DNA of 64,000 nucleotides from Schmidtea nova (GCA_044892505.1 CM097883.1:79174001-79238000), one strand, 5' to 3'; positions 37,140 to 50,095 are shown, counted from the stretch's first letter. Notes: generated by a model from the sequence alone, not told the origin. Numbers and translations: made by a program.

Positions 37140-37257
37140 CGCGTCTGTGTGCCCGTTGATAGTTTTTATCGCGTCTGTGTGCGCTTATTTTTTTGGTAAT
37201 TATATACGCGTCTGTGTGCGCATTGCTCTAAATCATGTTTCGCGCCTGTGTGCGCAA
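37140..37257. repeat. Four spaced copies of CGCGTCTGTGTGC
   Basis: Motif at ~37140, 37170, 37207, 37241 separated by unrelated AT-rich spacers. Confidence 0.85.
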
Positions 37258-38299
37258 TTATAGGATTTTGGATTTCGTCGGATTTAATAACATTTGGAAA
37301 TCGAGGTTGATTTATTAATTGATTATTCTGGAACTCAATTAATCAGTTGTTTTATCGAGTCTCTTAAGTTTGGGGAATTGGAATTTTCGTGATTTCAAAA
37401 AGTTTCTTTGTGGGAGAGATCGATTTGGAATTCTTTAAATATTGATTATTTTGGAATTTAATTCTCGATTTTGATATTCTGGGATTTATTGAGTTTCATT
37501 CGAGTTGTTTTGTCGATCCAATTTGGAAATTGGAATTTCAGAAATTTTCAAATCTTGCTTAGTGGGAACGGAGATTTATTTGGATTTCTGTGGATTTAAA
37601 AGAAGGAAATTGTTCTCTGTGATTCAAGGAATTTTTTTTTGTATTCGTTATGACTGACTCGAATTCGTTTCATGTGACTATAGAGTTGATCTCATCACAT
37701 TTTAATCATGTCGGCAACGTTCTCATACAAGAAGATTCTTCTTTAACGTTATGTTATTTAATTTTGTTATTTAGCATGTCTATTGTGGTTTAATTTATTA
37801 TTATTAAGATTTCGTTTTATGATTCGCTGTGATCGCAATTGATATAATTAAAATTTGTGTCATTCTATTGATAGATTCTATTATCAATCATCATTTAAAT
37901 ATAATTTTCTTTTAATCTAAATAATAAAGGTGAACTTAGTAATAGGGAAAAGAAAGTTGATAAATTTTACAATATTCTGCGTCCGGTCAATTATAATCTT
38001 GGAAACAAAACTCACTTTTTGCAAATTTCCACCTACCTGTGGCACAATGCCAATGTTGTCTAATAATGGGTATCAAGTGGTAAACTAATTTAATGTGCGT
38101 AACGCGAGATACTGAGTTAGAATTAGTGATTTTTAACTAATTTAAACCAGCAGAAATAGAATTAGATCAAAAGAGGACTTGCAAGGAATCAAAAAAGTAA
38201 CTTTATCAAGCCATATTGAAATGATATTTGTGAACGTATAAGTTAAACTTGGAATTATTTAACTGAAATTATACTATTCAGTGTGGTTACTTTATTGTA

Positions 38300-38830
38300 G
38301 CACAAGATTTTAAAGATACATCAATGAAGAATTAGGTCATTTATCTCCAACAGAATATAGCGATCCCATTACTTGACACTGTTAATCATATAATTGATAA
38401 GCTAATTGATACTAATTTAATTGATGAATAAGATTAAACTTTTTTTAATTAAAATAAGTTTCCAAATTTAAGCCTTATTTTAGCTAAACATAACCCCGGG
38501 TTTATAATAATGGGAATATTAAATATTTTTTCGTATTATTAACACGCTATCATTGGTCGGCGTTTAACTTCCCAATGGACTGTAGCAGTCATACATAACT
38601 GGAGTCACTATATTTTAAAACGATTAACCGTCTGCCAGGCAATTCTGTCTAAAGTCTGACTGTATTATTATCACAATTACACAATATTTTTAAAAGATTA
38701 AATTATAGTAGACCATCTAAAATGTTTGTTTTTATCAACTTTATATATGTATATAAATTTGAATTATATCGACAAATTTAATCAAGTCTTATGGTCTGTT
38801 GATGTTGGAATTTTCAAAAGTGAAAAAAAT
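38300..38830 (+). pseudogene. Possible highly decayed Penelope-like RT remnant
   Basis: Weak motifs YINEELGHLS..EYSDP, KHNPG, LWSVDV in expected order, many stops. Confidence 0.25.
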
Positions 38831-39482
38831 TAATTAACAAAAATTCGCCAACTATTGGGTTAAAACATAATAAAAATCGATTAAAAAATATTGTTAATGT
38901 AAGTAAATCCTATTTAAGACTATAACTAATTATCCGTGGCATTCAACATGTTAAGAGTAGAATAACCGCAAAAGATTATTTATTTATTTTGTAATATAGA
39001 ATGATCTTTAGACTACAAAATTATATATTCAACTATAAATATTTGCTTACGTAATACTTCAAAATCACATGACAATAGACTTCTCTGAACCGAATTTGTT
39101 TACAGGCTGAATAAATTCGAAAGAATTGCAATTTAAAATGTTTGAGTTAAAAACAATGCATTTACGTGAAGTTCAATTTAACGAGAAATACATGAAACAC
39201 AGAAAATTAAATAAAATACATTGGCAAATTTCCTTATTTAAGAAATAATTTCAAGTACATAATATCGGATATCGAGATACTAGGGATGACGGAGGGTGAA
39301 ATGTTTTCCCAATTATGATGGCGCAAAATAGCGTTGGCCAGAAAACTGGGGTGTAAAACTGAGGAAAGAACTTAACTCGAGCAATTTAAGTTGGAAACAA
39401 TTTAATTTGCAAATACTTCATATATATATATATATATATATATTATTTGATTTATAGTCTAAGCCAAAAAATAACAAATAAT

Positions 39483-40963
39483 GACGACGCTCTAGTATAG
39501 GTCACCCGATTTTTAAAATTAAACAAATTTATATTTTTATTGATTAATATTTAAATCATACTTACAACCAATGTTCCCTCTAATTTCTCGAAGAGTATGT
39601 GCGCAGAAAATTCTGCCTGTGCAACTTTTTTGAGAAGCTGCATAATTTTGTGCGCTGTGCGAGTTTGAAAAATTACGAAATCCGAGATTAATATTGTCGT
39701 GCAACAACATCTCTTATAGTGTTGGCCCAATTACGATCACTATGATGAGAACACAAATAAGTAATTAATGAAAAGTTAATTTTCAATAATGCATGGCTTA
39801 TTTTTGAAAAATGAGGAATCTAAGCAAACGAGAACTTATTTTTTTGTGTGCGCACTCTAAATTTTTGTGTGCGCTCGCTTTACAAGACGTGTGCGCGCGC
39901 ACATGCGCACAGCTTAGAGGGAACATTGCTTACAACTAAATATATAATAATAATAATTTTTAATAATAATAATCTTTGAATTATTTAAAGTAGTAAACAA
40001 TGAAGAAGCATTACTAAATTATCTACAAGAAAAACATGTTCTTGCTACAAGAGCACTATGAGACTGTAGGACAATCGTGTCTCTTACCGTACGGAAACAA
40101 ACTTTCTCTCGGGTATGTTTTTCAGTGTCCAAAAAAATGCAGACAAATTTCTATACGAGATGGTAGTTTCTTTTCTAAAAGTAAGCTCCATTAAAGAAAT
40201 AAGCGATTTTTACTTACTTTTGGTTACAAGATATTCCAACAAACCGTAATCAGTCGATGATTGGTATAGCAAATCAAACGTGTACAGATTGGAATAATTT
40301 TTTATTAGAAAGTTGTTTGGGGCGTTATTAACATTTAGTGACGCGGAGAAGGAGTGGTTGTGGAAATGGATGAATCCTTGATTTCAAAGAAGTATAAGTA
40401 CTTCCTTGGCCGACGATATCAGGAAATTTGGATATTTAGTGGTACAGAACGTGCGACCAAAAAATGGTTTGGCCAAATAGTTTTGCAACGAAACTGGGAG
40501 ACGTTATGTGAGTTGATAAAGCTTTCATAAAACCAGGAACTATAATATTTAGCGATAGGTGGCCTGCTTACTGGACCTAAATTTACAATCTTGAACTTAT
40601 TCCGAACTAAAAAATATGTGCATTTATCGGTGAACCATAAACTACATTTTAAAGATCCGTTCACGAATGTTCACACTAATAAATTAGGATGTTGGTGTAA
40701 TATTAAAGTTGATATGAGAAAAGGAAGAGGCATGAGTATTGAAGAAAAGATCAACTATCTCGATTTTAGATTATGGTCGTCAGGAAAAAATTATGAAGAT
40801 TTGTTGGATGATTTTTGGAGATTAATAGCTTTATCTTATCCAGTGCTAAATTAATTTTACTTTATGTTATATAGTATATTACTCATTGGTTTTGTTTATA
40901 TAATAAATATTTTATTCATATTTTTTATTTTAAAAATTGGGTGACTTATACTAGAGCGTCGCC
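39483..40963 (+). mobile_element. Merlin (IS1595/ISXO2-like) DNA transposon, decayed transposase
   Basis: ~30-bp TIR G(A/G)CGACGCTCTAGTATA(G/A)GTCACCC; 8-bp TSD CAAATAAT/CAAATAAA; motifs VEMDESL, IKPGTIIFSDRWPAY, HFKDPFTNVHTN. Confidence 0.9.
39569..39928. mobile_element. hAT-type MITE (360 bp) nested in the Merlin element
   Basis: 15-bp TIR CAATGTTCCCTCTAA; perfect 8-bp TSD CTTACAAC. Confidence 0.93.
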
Positions 40964-41246
40964 CAAATAAATTCGGTCTATTTGAAAACATAGAATAAAT
41001 ATTTTGATTACATTAACTTTATTTATTATAAATTGTTAATGCTATTAGTGAAAGGCGTCAGAGTGGAAACGGCCAATTACAGTTAATATTCAAAAAAATG
41101 TCATCACTTTCTACAAATTCTATAATACTGCAACCATTTATTCTAATTAATAAACCATCTGACAACCAAATGCTTCTAAACTGGTCTCAATTAATTTGGC
41201 CAGAATGAATTATGAACTTATACAAAGTTATACATTCTCTACTTAC

Positions 41247-41776
41247 TAAATGCAACTCCAATTTGTTATTTTTCACAAAAAATGTACTTCAGAAATTGCG
41301 AAATATTTTAAAATGAATTCCAACAATTATTATACAATTATAAAGCATTTTAAAAATAAATTTAATGAATTATCTACTTATTTAAAAATTTACAAATTTT
41401 TTGTCAAAAATTATAAAATTTTATAACTTTTACCTGTGTTAATTGACAGATTTTTAAAATGACGGATATATTCTTGGCCAAATTCATCATCGCCGACCTG
41501 AATCAATTTAGTAGATTAAACAATCAAATTCACAAGATTACTTTTCCAATTATCATAGATCTAGATCCAAGTAGTTTCGCCATAACACACTGATTTGCAC
41601 CTTTGCCACCGAAACCTTTGGAAAATTTGTATCCCAAAACCGTTTCTCCTATTGATGGAAACTTTTCCACGTAACTTGAACAAAAATATTAATAAGAATT
41701 ATTAACATTTATATACAAATAAATATATAAACTTAATTAAATCGACAACAATGCTACCAACCACAATTACATCCAT
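41247..41776 (-). pseudogene. RBKS: Ribokinase 5' fragment: exons 41776-41733, 41674-41542, 41497-41434 intact, decayed exon ~41286-41247
   Basis: MDVIVVGSIVVDLINYVEKFPSIGETVLG..GFGGKGANQCVMA..GKVGDDEFG; GT-AG introns of 58 and 44 nt; fourth exon YIFCEK*QIGVAF has a stop and no usable acceptor; C-terminal DTTGAGD not found. Confidence 0.8.
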
Positions 41777-41949
41777 TTTATCAAATTTTAGCACCTAGAT
41801 TAAAATATTTCTATTTGACTAAACAAATTTTAAAATAAAGTTTCAAATGTTTCTAAAAGGTATCATAACGTTATGATTTCTACGCGAGTTTACTGTTACT
41901 TTTTAAATAATATTGAATTATTTTAATTATTAATTATGTTTTAGTATTA

Positions 41950-42497
41950 TATATGGCTATAAATAGGCAAAATTTAATTTTCTACAAGATGGCTTTATTT
42001 ACAATTTACACTGTTGCGTGTTTTGCTGAGCACACGTGCTTTGTAATTAAATTTCTATATTTAACATATATAAAATATTTTTAATGTATTTTCATTGTTA
42101 AATTGTATGTATAAAATTCAAATGTCTACAAAATGGTTTAATCGGAAATTTAGTGTGTTGCTGTGTTTTTAATACACATGTTTTGTACTTAAATTTGCAT
42201 TTTTTACACATGTAAATTAACTTTAATGAGTTTTAATTTTAATAATATAAATATAAAATATAAATTTCTACAAAATGACCTGATTGATAATTTAGTATGT
42301 TGGTGCGTTTGGATTACACACATTTTTCGTAATCAAATTTGTATATTTCATCTATTTAAAATGACTTTGAGTTTTAAATAGAATATTCTACGTATATAAT
42401 TTTAATTCCTATAAAATGGCTTGATTCAAATTTAAAAATTTTTCGAATTTTGTGATGCACATGTGTTTTGTTATTAATCTTTGCATTTTTAAATTAT
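41950..42497. repeat. Diverged ~143-bp tandem repeat, continuing at 46612-46700 after the LTR insertion
   Basis: Unit marker cta(c/t)aa(a/g)atg at ~41982, 42126, 42267, 42410; next unit at ~46672 in register once the LTR is removed. Confidence 0.8.
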
Positions 42498-43150
42498 TGG
42501 TGGGTTGTTGATTGTCAATATGACCTTGACGTTGCTATGGCTCGTATCAACAACTCAACATACAAAACATTGAAATAACCATCTTGTTACCCGTCACTAT
42601 GTAACGATGGTACTGTACCAAGTGGGTGGGTATTCGCAATCAGTGAGCGTCGTCAATACGAAACTATGATTGACCGAATATCTACTGGGTCCAAGGGCTA
42701 CCGATAGAAGGTTTTTTGCACATTTTGTCCCTTCTTTGACGATTTATCTATAAGCTTTCAATAGAAATTTTATCGGAAATTGAACATAAATATTTTACAT
42801 AACTATAAATTTATTATTGTATACAAATACATCATTCTGAACATCAAAACACTAACCAAACATTAAATTTTATCAATATTGCAATTTATGATAGTTAATA
42901 CATAAAATATTTTATTTTTATAGAAAAAATTTAATCTGCATTTGAAATTTAAGAAAAACTTTAATTATTACAGTAATTTTATCAAGTTTAGAAATAATAA
43001 AAATAAATTTTTCCTTTGTTTAAAATTGCTACTTTAATCCAAAGGACAAATTAACTCAATTCAAAAATCATATTGATTTCAAATGTAAGTTTATGAATTA
43101 TTTTACTAAATTTATTAAATAATGATTTTTAAGGATCAGACCAACAAAAG

Positions 43151-43406
43151 ATGGATGTCCCCAGCAGCTATGAAGTCAGAGAAAAATTCTCCCATCCAAA
43201 ATGGGTCAAAAAACTGGAATTCCAGCTCCTACGAAGCAAAATTGCCAACTTTGTCGACAAGGTAAAATTTTGATTATTTGAGAATTATAATTTATCTACA
43301 ACAATTTTAGAAAGAATTTTTAAAGAGAATCCATTGGAACCTTCCCTTCAAGAACTACAAACAGGAAAAATCCTTGTCGGAGATTTTTGAAGGCCGTCAA
43401 TTTTGA
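43151..43406 (+). CDS. Putative spliced 68-aa micro-ORF inside giant LTR copy 2 (exons 43151-43261, 43311-43406)
   Basis: 5' intron 43085-43133, phase-0 intron 43262-43310 (both 49 nt, GT-AG); product MDVPSSYEVREKFSHPKWVKKLEFQLLRSKIANFVDKKEFLKRIHWNLPFKNYKQEKSLSEIFEGRQF. Confidence 0.45.
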
Positions 43407-44004
43407 TCAATAAATTTTTAGATATTGTTATTTCGTTTTTATTCTTTTTCGTTTGTTAATTATTATTTTTATGTAATTTTTTGTAAATGGGAAAGTAAAA
43501 TAACTATAATGTAAATGGTCTGTTTGATTGTACTAAGTTTGGCTGAGTATATTTAATTTTATAGATGGTATGGTTGAATGATAGATGTAAGTGAATGAAA
43601 TTTTTGTATGGTTTTTCTGGATGTGTGATGCTAACTAACATAACTGTGTAAATTTTCGGTATGGTTTGCTTGTGTGTATATAACTGTTGAATGCTAATAA
43701 ATGATACTGTGTATGTGTGTATATTGTATTTTAAATAGATGTTGCTTGTGAATTAGTATGGAAGATGTTATTGAATGAAATGGATGTAAATTTCTGCAAA
43801 TAGGGATATATTATGATTTTGAGATATCGTGGGGGTTTTTAATAAAAATAATATATAATATATATAAAATATTTTCCAAATTAAAATAATACTAATAATT
43901 TTATAATGATTTTTTGAATTTTTAAATTTATAGTTTTATGAAAATAATAAAATTCCTAAATTTTTGTAATATACATTTTCAGATTTCGAATTTTTATAAT
44001 TTAA

Positions 44005-44007
<3 letters not shown>

Positions 44008-44063
<56 letters not shown>
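44008..44063. repeat. (TA)n microsatellite
   Basis: Direct reading. Confidence 0.95.
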
Positions 44064-44067
<4 letters not shown>

Positions 44068-45412
44068 TCGTAAAGTTTTTTCTATAAAATCTCGAACTTT
44101 AAATTTTACAAAATGATAAAATTTTTAATATAATAATAAAATTTCGATTTATAATTTTTATGGGGTTTGATATAATTTTTGATTTACAAATTCTCTGGAA
44201 TTTTATAAAATGATAAAATCTTTTATAGAATAACAATATTAGGAAAATTTTTGGTTTACAATTTTTCATTTTAAAATTTTTGCAAAAATAATAAAAAGTA
44301 AATTTTATTTTTATCCAAATGAAATCCACATAATAAATTTTTATCCACAAATTTTTCGATCCAAATAAGAATTCAATCTAAAAAATTTCATATACTGAAA
44401 AAATAAAAATTAAAATAAGTTATAAATTCTTCGAAGAATATTTTTCGTTATCGAGTAAAGTGAACTTCGGTTTCGTTGAGCATGAATTTCCCAACTAAAG
44501 CGCGCGAATTTTTCGGGACGCTCCACTTAGGAACTTCAGGCTCCCGAAAACAAGGTTCACTGGTGAAACTTATTTAGACAATAATGAGTTTAATTCAGAT
44601 CAAATCAATACTTGTTTTCACAATTCGTTTCATTTCGTGATCATTATACCAGCTTTGAGCACTATTTCGAACGATTCTCTTTTCAATATTAGCTTCCATT
44701 TTTACTTGCGTTTTCGGATAAAATGACAGTTGTTGTGAGAGTGAAGTCGAAGGTGACTGCGAGTCGATTTGATTCAGTAATATAGTGCCTATTTTAGATC
44801 TAAGACATGAGTTAGAAAATGTTATGTTGTATTACCAAATTGCTTATGTAGGATAATAAGAATATGCTACTCTATTATAATAAAGATCATTAATGTAACA
44901 AATCCTTACTCTTGGCCATACCACGATTCCCCAGTTGGGATGACGTGATTATGGATGTATGAGCCTCACCTTAAAGTGGAAATATGGTCTGGCCGATTAC
45001 CAATCAGACAACGATCCATCCAGGCTACTAACAGATCCGCACAACGCAAGGCTGGACGGATCGTCAGAAGATATGGGAGAAAAAAAAATTCTTTATTTTT
45101 CATAATTTTATCTAGTTTACTACTTTCAATGAGATTTTTTCTGAATTATTTTGGGAAATTGTAACTCATAATAATAATAACAAGAAAAGTTGATAAAGGC
45201 TGAGCTGCTAACATTAAGCATTTTAATAATATAAAAATACATAATCAATAAAATAATAAATAACATATTAAATAACAAAGGGCGAGGAATGGAATGATCG
45301 TTAGGCATGATGAACGACCATTCCAATCCCCAATAAAAATAATAATAAAAAAATCAAATTAACCCTTACGTTTGTCCACTCCAATTTTTTCGGAAAAGAA
45401 ATTTTTAGAACA

Positions 45413-45892
45413 AATTCTTCGGAAAGTTTACAAATTAAATTCTGAAATTAAATTCTGAAATTCTTCGGAAAGTTTACAAATTAAATTCTGAAATTAAATT
45501 CTGAAATTCTTCGGAAAGTTTACAAATTAAATTCTGAAATTAAATTCTGAAATTCTTCGGAAAGTTTACAAATTAAATTCTGAAATTAAATTCTGAAATT
45601 CTTCGGAAAGTTTACAAATTAAATTCTGAAATTAAATTCTGAAATTCTTCGGAAAGTTTACAAATCAAATTCTGAAATTAAATTCTGAAATTCTTCGGAA
45701 AGTTTACAAATTAAATTCTGAAATTAAATTCTGAAATTCTTCGGAAAGTTTACAAATTAAATTCTGAAATTAAATTCTGAAATTCTTCGGAAAGTTTACA
45801 AATCAAATTCTGAAATTAAATTCTGAAATTCTTCGGAAAGTTTACAAATTAAATTCTGAAATTAAATTCTGAAATTCTTCGGAAAGTTTACA
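45413..45892. repeat. 46-bp tandem array, ~10.5 units, with 13-bp internal subrepeat
   Basis: GGAAAG recurs at 45421 + 46n up to 45881; no spacers. Confidence 0.97.
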
Positions 45893-46788
45893 ACAAATTC
45901 TCGGGAAAGTTTCTTTTTGAGAAAACTTTTAACAAATTCTCACAAATTTACTGGAAAATTTTACAAATTCTGATTATTGCCATTTTGATGGCGGTTTATA
46001 TACCGTCGATTTTTCGCTATCTTCACTAGTGCAATAAAACCAATTGTTCTGGAATTTTCTTTTTAATTTTTTCTAAATTAATTCTAAAGATTTTCCGAAA
46101 ATTAAATCCATATATTTGTATAATAATTTTTTATAAACCATAAATAATTTATTTTAATTCAACGTTTTTATTTTTAAATCGATATTTGTTCGATTTGATT
46201 TAATTTATGATATTTCGATCAATATTAATTCTTTCTATTGGTAAATGGGAAATTTTTGTGATAAATTCACAATTTTCTTCTAAAATTGTGTTAATTTTTC
46301 TGCACTGAAGGTTTACGAAAAAATTCTGTTTTTTGTGGGCATTTCCAATGGGTTTTCCGCTTATTCTAACTTTCAAACGTTCTTCTTTTGATAATCTTTA
46401 ATTCTTCTCGAGATTTCAGGGATAGAACTTGCAAATTCTCAGCTAGCGCGTACTCTACTGGTTACTGCGTTCGAGTCTACTTCGCCTTTTTGACGTTTTT
46501 CTCTTAATCATTTTGGTTTTCAATGAATGCTTGGGTTAAAATTGAGTCTTGCGCGTTCTCTACCTATGGGGTTATCGCTTTATTAAAACAAATTGTAGTT
46601 TTTGCCTAACATTATAAAAAGTAATTTTATTGAGTTTTCATTGTAATATTGTATGTATAAATTTAAATTCTTATAAAATAGCTTGATTAAAAATTTAAAA
46701 GTTGCCGCTTTTGCCCATTTGTAAGAGTGCCCAAAATATAACATACATTGAATTTTTCCCAGAATTATTTCCATTTAAATCAATTCTC

Positions 46789-49700
46789 ATGCTTAAAGAA
46801 GTCTTTTCGCATAAAGTAATAAAAGTAAACGACGGACTGTAACAGTTTGTCCTAAACCTGCTAAAATAATTATAATTTCCGATGATGAAGATGTTCATTC
46901 ATCAAATGACGATGTTTTAGTTATTCCTAATTTATATGTTGTCCAATATGGCGGCTCGGTTGAATCTTTGGTTAAAGATAATTTGAAAAGATCACGTGCT
47001 ACTGTTAAAATGGATGTGAATTCTATAAATTTAAATAAATAAATTATTCCTTCGCCTTTATTAAATAAATTTAATTCAATTATTTCCGAAATGGGATATG
47101 TAAAAGTACAATTCTGCATTGATGTAGAATTTGAAAAGGATGGAAAATTTCAATCTTTTATAGTATCAAATTTTGCAAAACTCATGAGTGAAGGTATTAC
47201 TCTATTTAGTGAAAACATTATTAAAGTCTGAAAAAATAGTAGCAATTGGTCAATTAATAAAATTAAAGAAATAAGCTTTAAACTTACAAAACATTCACAA
47301 ATAAGTTGATTGAGTGGTCAAGGTTTTTGTTCAACTCCACCATCATTAAATTCAAAACATTGCACTGTCAATTTAAAAAATACCGATAACTTGTGTTTTA
47401 AATATAGCATTTTGGCTATTTTAAAATACGATGAGGCCAAATCTAACAGAAGTGAGTTTTATAATTATAATATTTTAGACCTTGTTTTTCATTTTTCTGA
47501 TCTTCCTATAAAATTATGCAATATTTCTAAATTTAAAGCGAAAACCTCAGGTTGGCAATAAATATCCTTTCGTATGATGAAAGCAATTTAATTGATTGCT
47601 TTAAAAAGAATGAAGTATTGAAACATTCATTTCTAGATATTATTCATAAGTCAAAGGGTTAGGTGGCACTCCAGTTACCATATTTTGTTAGAGAAAAGTG
47701 ACTCTTTTCATTATTTAGGAGTTACCAATCTTAATAGTCTTTTGAATTGTGACACTCTTTCTGTTACTGATGTTAGGGTTCAGAGCATTTGATGCAAGCG
47801 TTGTTTGAATGGTTTTATATTGACTGAAGGTTTTGAGAAACATCAGGCTTTATGTAAAAAACACCAGTTAGGTTCAACTTTGTACTTGGAATTTAAAGAT
47901 TGTTCAAAAATTGTTACCCTTCCTTTCGTCGTATATGCTGACTTTGAGGCTGTTTTAACAAGGAAGATAAGTATTTTAAACGTCACTTGCTTAGTTCTAC
48001 TGGCTTGTTGCTTATTAATAAATTTACCGGTGAAAAATCATATAAAAACTTTTATAGTCTTAACTGTGTAGAAGAGATTTTGATCGAAATCAGTGATATA
48101 GGATAAAAAGTAGTTTTGTCTTACTTTATAAATAATTCCAAAAATAACATGGAGTATCTTTCACCTGCACAAATAAGATCATTTCTTCGTTCTATAATTT
48201 CTTATTTGTGTAATAGTCCTTTGAAAAATCCGGTTAAAGATCATGACCATTATATAGGTAAATACTTGGGTGGTGCTTGCTCGAAATGCAATTTTTCTCG
48301 GCAAATAAGATTCATCATTCCTGTCATATTACATAATTTAGGGGTATATGATTTCCATCATATCCTCAAGTATGGTTTAAATAAATTCGATAAATGGGAT
48401 ATTAGTTGTATTCCTACTACAATTGAAAAGTATTCGACTTGTTAAGCAAGAGTTAATAGTTTATCTCTTACATTTATCGATTCTTGCCAATTTTCAAGCT
48501 CCAGTTTAAATGATGATGTAAATACTTTAACAGATTTTCCTCTTACTTCATCCGAATTTATAGGGACTATTATTACTTCCAAAAAGATATTCCAATATAA
48601 TTTTGCAATTTTTTAGAGGTTTTACAAAATACACACCGATGATTATGAAAAAGCTCAACATATATGGGATAAATTTAATTGTGACACATTGTTTGATTAT
48701 ATGATGTTATACCTGAAATTGGATGTTTTCTTACATGCTGACTTTTTTTAGCAATTCAGGGCAAAATCCATTGCACATAACCAACTTGAACATCTTAATT
48801 TCTTGGGAATTCCAGGTATGTCTTGAAATTTCGCTTTGATGACTTAAAAGTCTCCTATTGAATTGCTCCAATATATGGAGATGTATAATTTTTTTCGAAA
48901 GGGGGATCAGTGGTAAGTTAACTTATCATGTACTATCCTTCGACGACATTAAGCTTCTTTATATAAATATTAATAATTAATATTGGTGGACTATTAGCAA
49001 AAAGCTTCCTTATAAAGAATTTAAATGGGTAACTGATAGGGAAAAATAAAATAAAATAATTTATTACTGCGAATCTGCTTATTTAGAAGTATTAACATTT
49101 GGGTTTACATTAGAAGACGATTTAGAAATTCCTGACTCATCTCCATAGGGCAATTAAATTTAAACAAGCATGTATTTTTAAGGAATACATCGATACAAAT
49201 ACCAAACTTAGAGCGGAATCAAGTAATGCTCTGGGTAAAAATTATTACAAATTATTAAATAATAATTTCTACGGTAAAACCGTAGAGAATCTTAAAAAGT
49301 GCATAAATTTAAGATTATGTATTTCGGCTTCTAGGCTGATTACATATACGTCTAAACCAACTTTCAAAAGAACTTTTGAAATTGACGATAACTTGGTTGC
49401 AGTCTTGCTGAAAATAGAATCGGTGTGTTTGGATAGAATTAGCTAAATTTGTCAAACTGTACTGGATCTATCTAAACTTAGAATGTACCAGCTGCAGTAT
49501 GAAGATTTACAAAAATATCGTAACGAATTCAACTGCGAAATTAACATCGTTGCTGGTGACACTGATTCATTTTTTCTTAATGTTAGAAATTTTTAGCTTG
49601 ATATCCTTTTACCGGCCATGATAAGAGATTACTTGCTTGACACTTCCAATTATGATCCAAATCACTTTTTATACAGTAGAAATCTTGATTCTGTCATTGG

Positions 49701-50095
49701 CAAGTTAAAAGACAAGAACAAAAGGCTTAAGTACAAGGAGTGTGTGTTTCTTAGACCTAAATGTTATAGTCTTTTAGATGACGAGGAAACTAAAAAAGCT
49801 AAGGGGGTGACATTGAAGGGTACTAACATAAAGCATCAGTCGTACCTTAATTGTTTTAATAATAACCAAATATTTTCTGTTCCCCAAACCAGAATCACAA
49901 GTAAAAATCATCAAATATTCACCATTAAAAATGAAAAGACTGCACTGACCAACTAAGATGACAAAAGGAAATGGGTTGCAAAATATAAAGTTTGGCATAT
50001 GGTCATTATAAAGGGGGTGACTCGGTTATATTCCAACATACCGATCCAAGAATCAATGCAGATAAACAATTTCAAGATCCAACTGAAGATATTCA
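46789..50095 (+). pseudogene. Polinton/Maverick-like protein-primed DNA polymerase B with endonuclease-VII-like domain, heavily disrupted
   Basis: LKNTDNLCFKYSILA, FVVYADFEAVL, VKDHDHYIGKYLGGACSKCN, HNLGVYDFH, KLLNNNFYGKT, AGDTDSFF, VIGKLKD..FLRPKCYS..KKAKGV in order. Confidence 0.85.

Larger units (their letters stand above)
42498..46611 (-). mobile_element. Giant solo LTR, copy 2 (4114 bp)
   Basis: TGGTGGG..GCCTAACA, 4-bp TSD TTAT, splits a tandem-repeat unit cleanly; collinear with copy 1. Confidence 0.88.

Noticed and set aside
45291-45324. 12-bp hairpin in giant LTR copy 2
   Set aside because: Not conserved in copy 1; isolated hairpins arise by chance.
45413-45892. CRISPR-like array
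   Set aside because: Units are contiguous and identical with no unique spacers; eukaryotic context; no cas genes.
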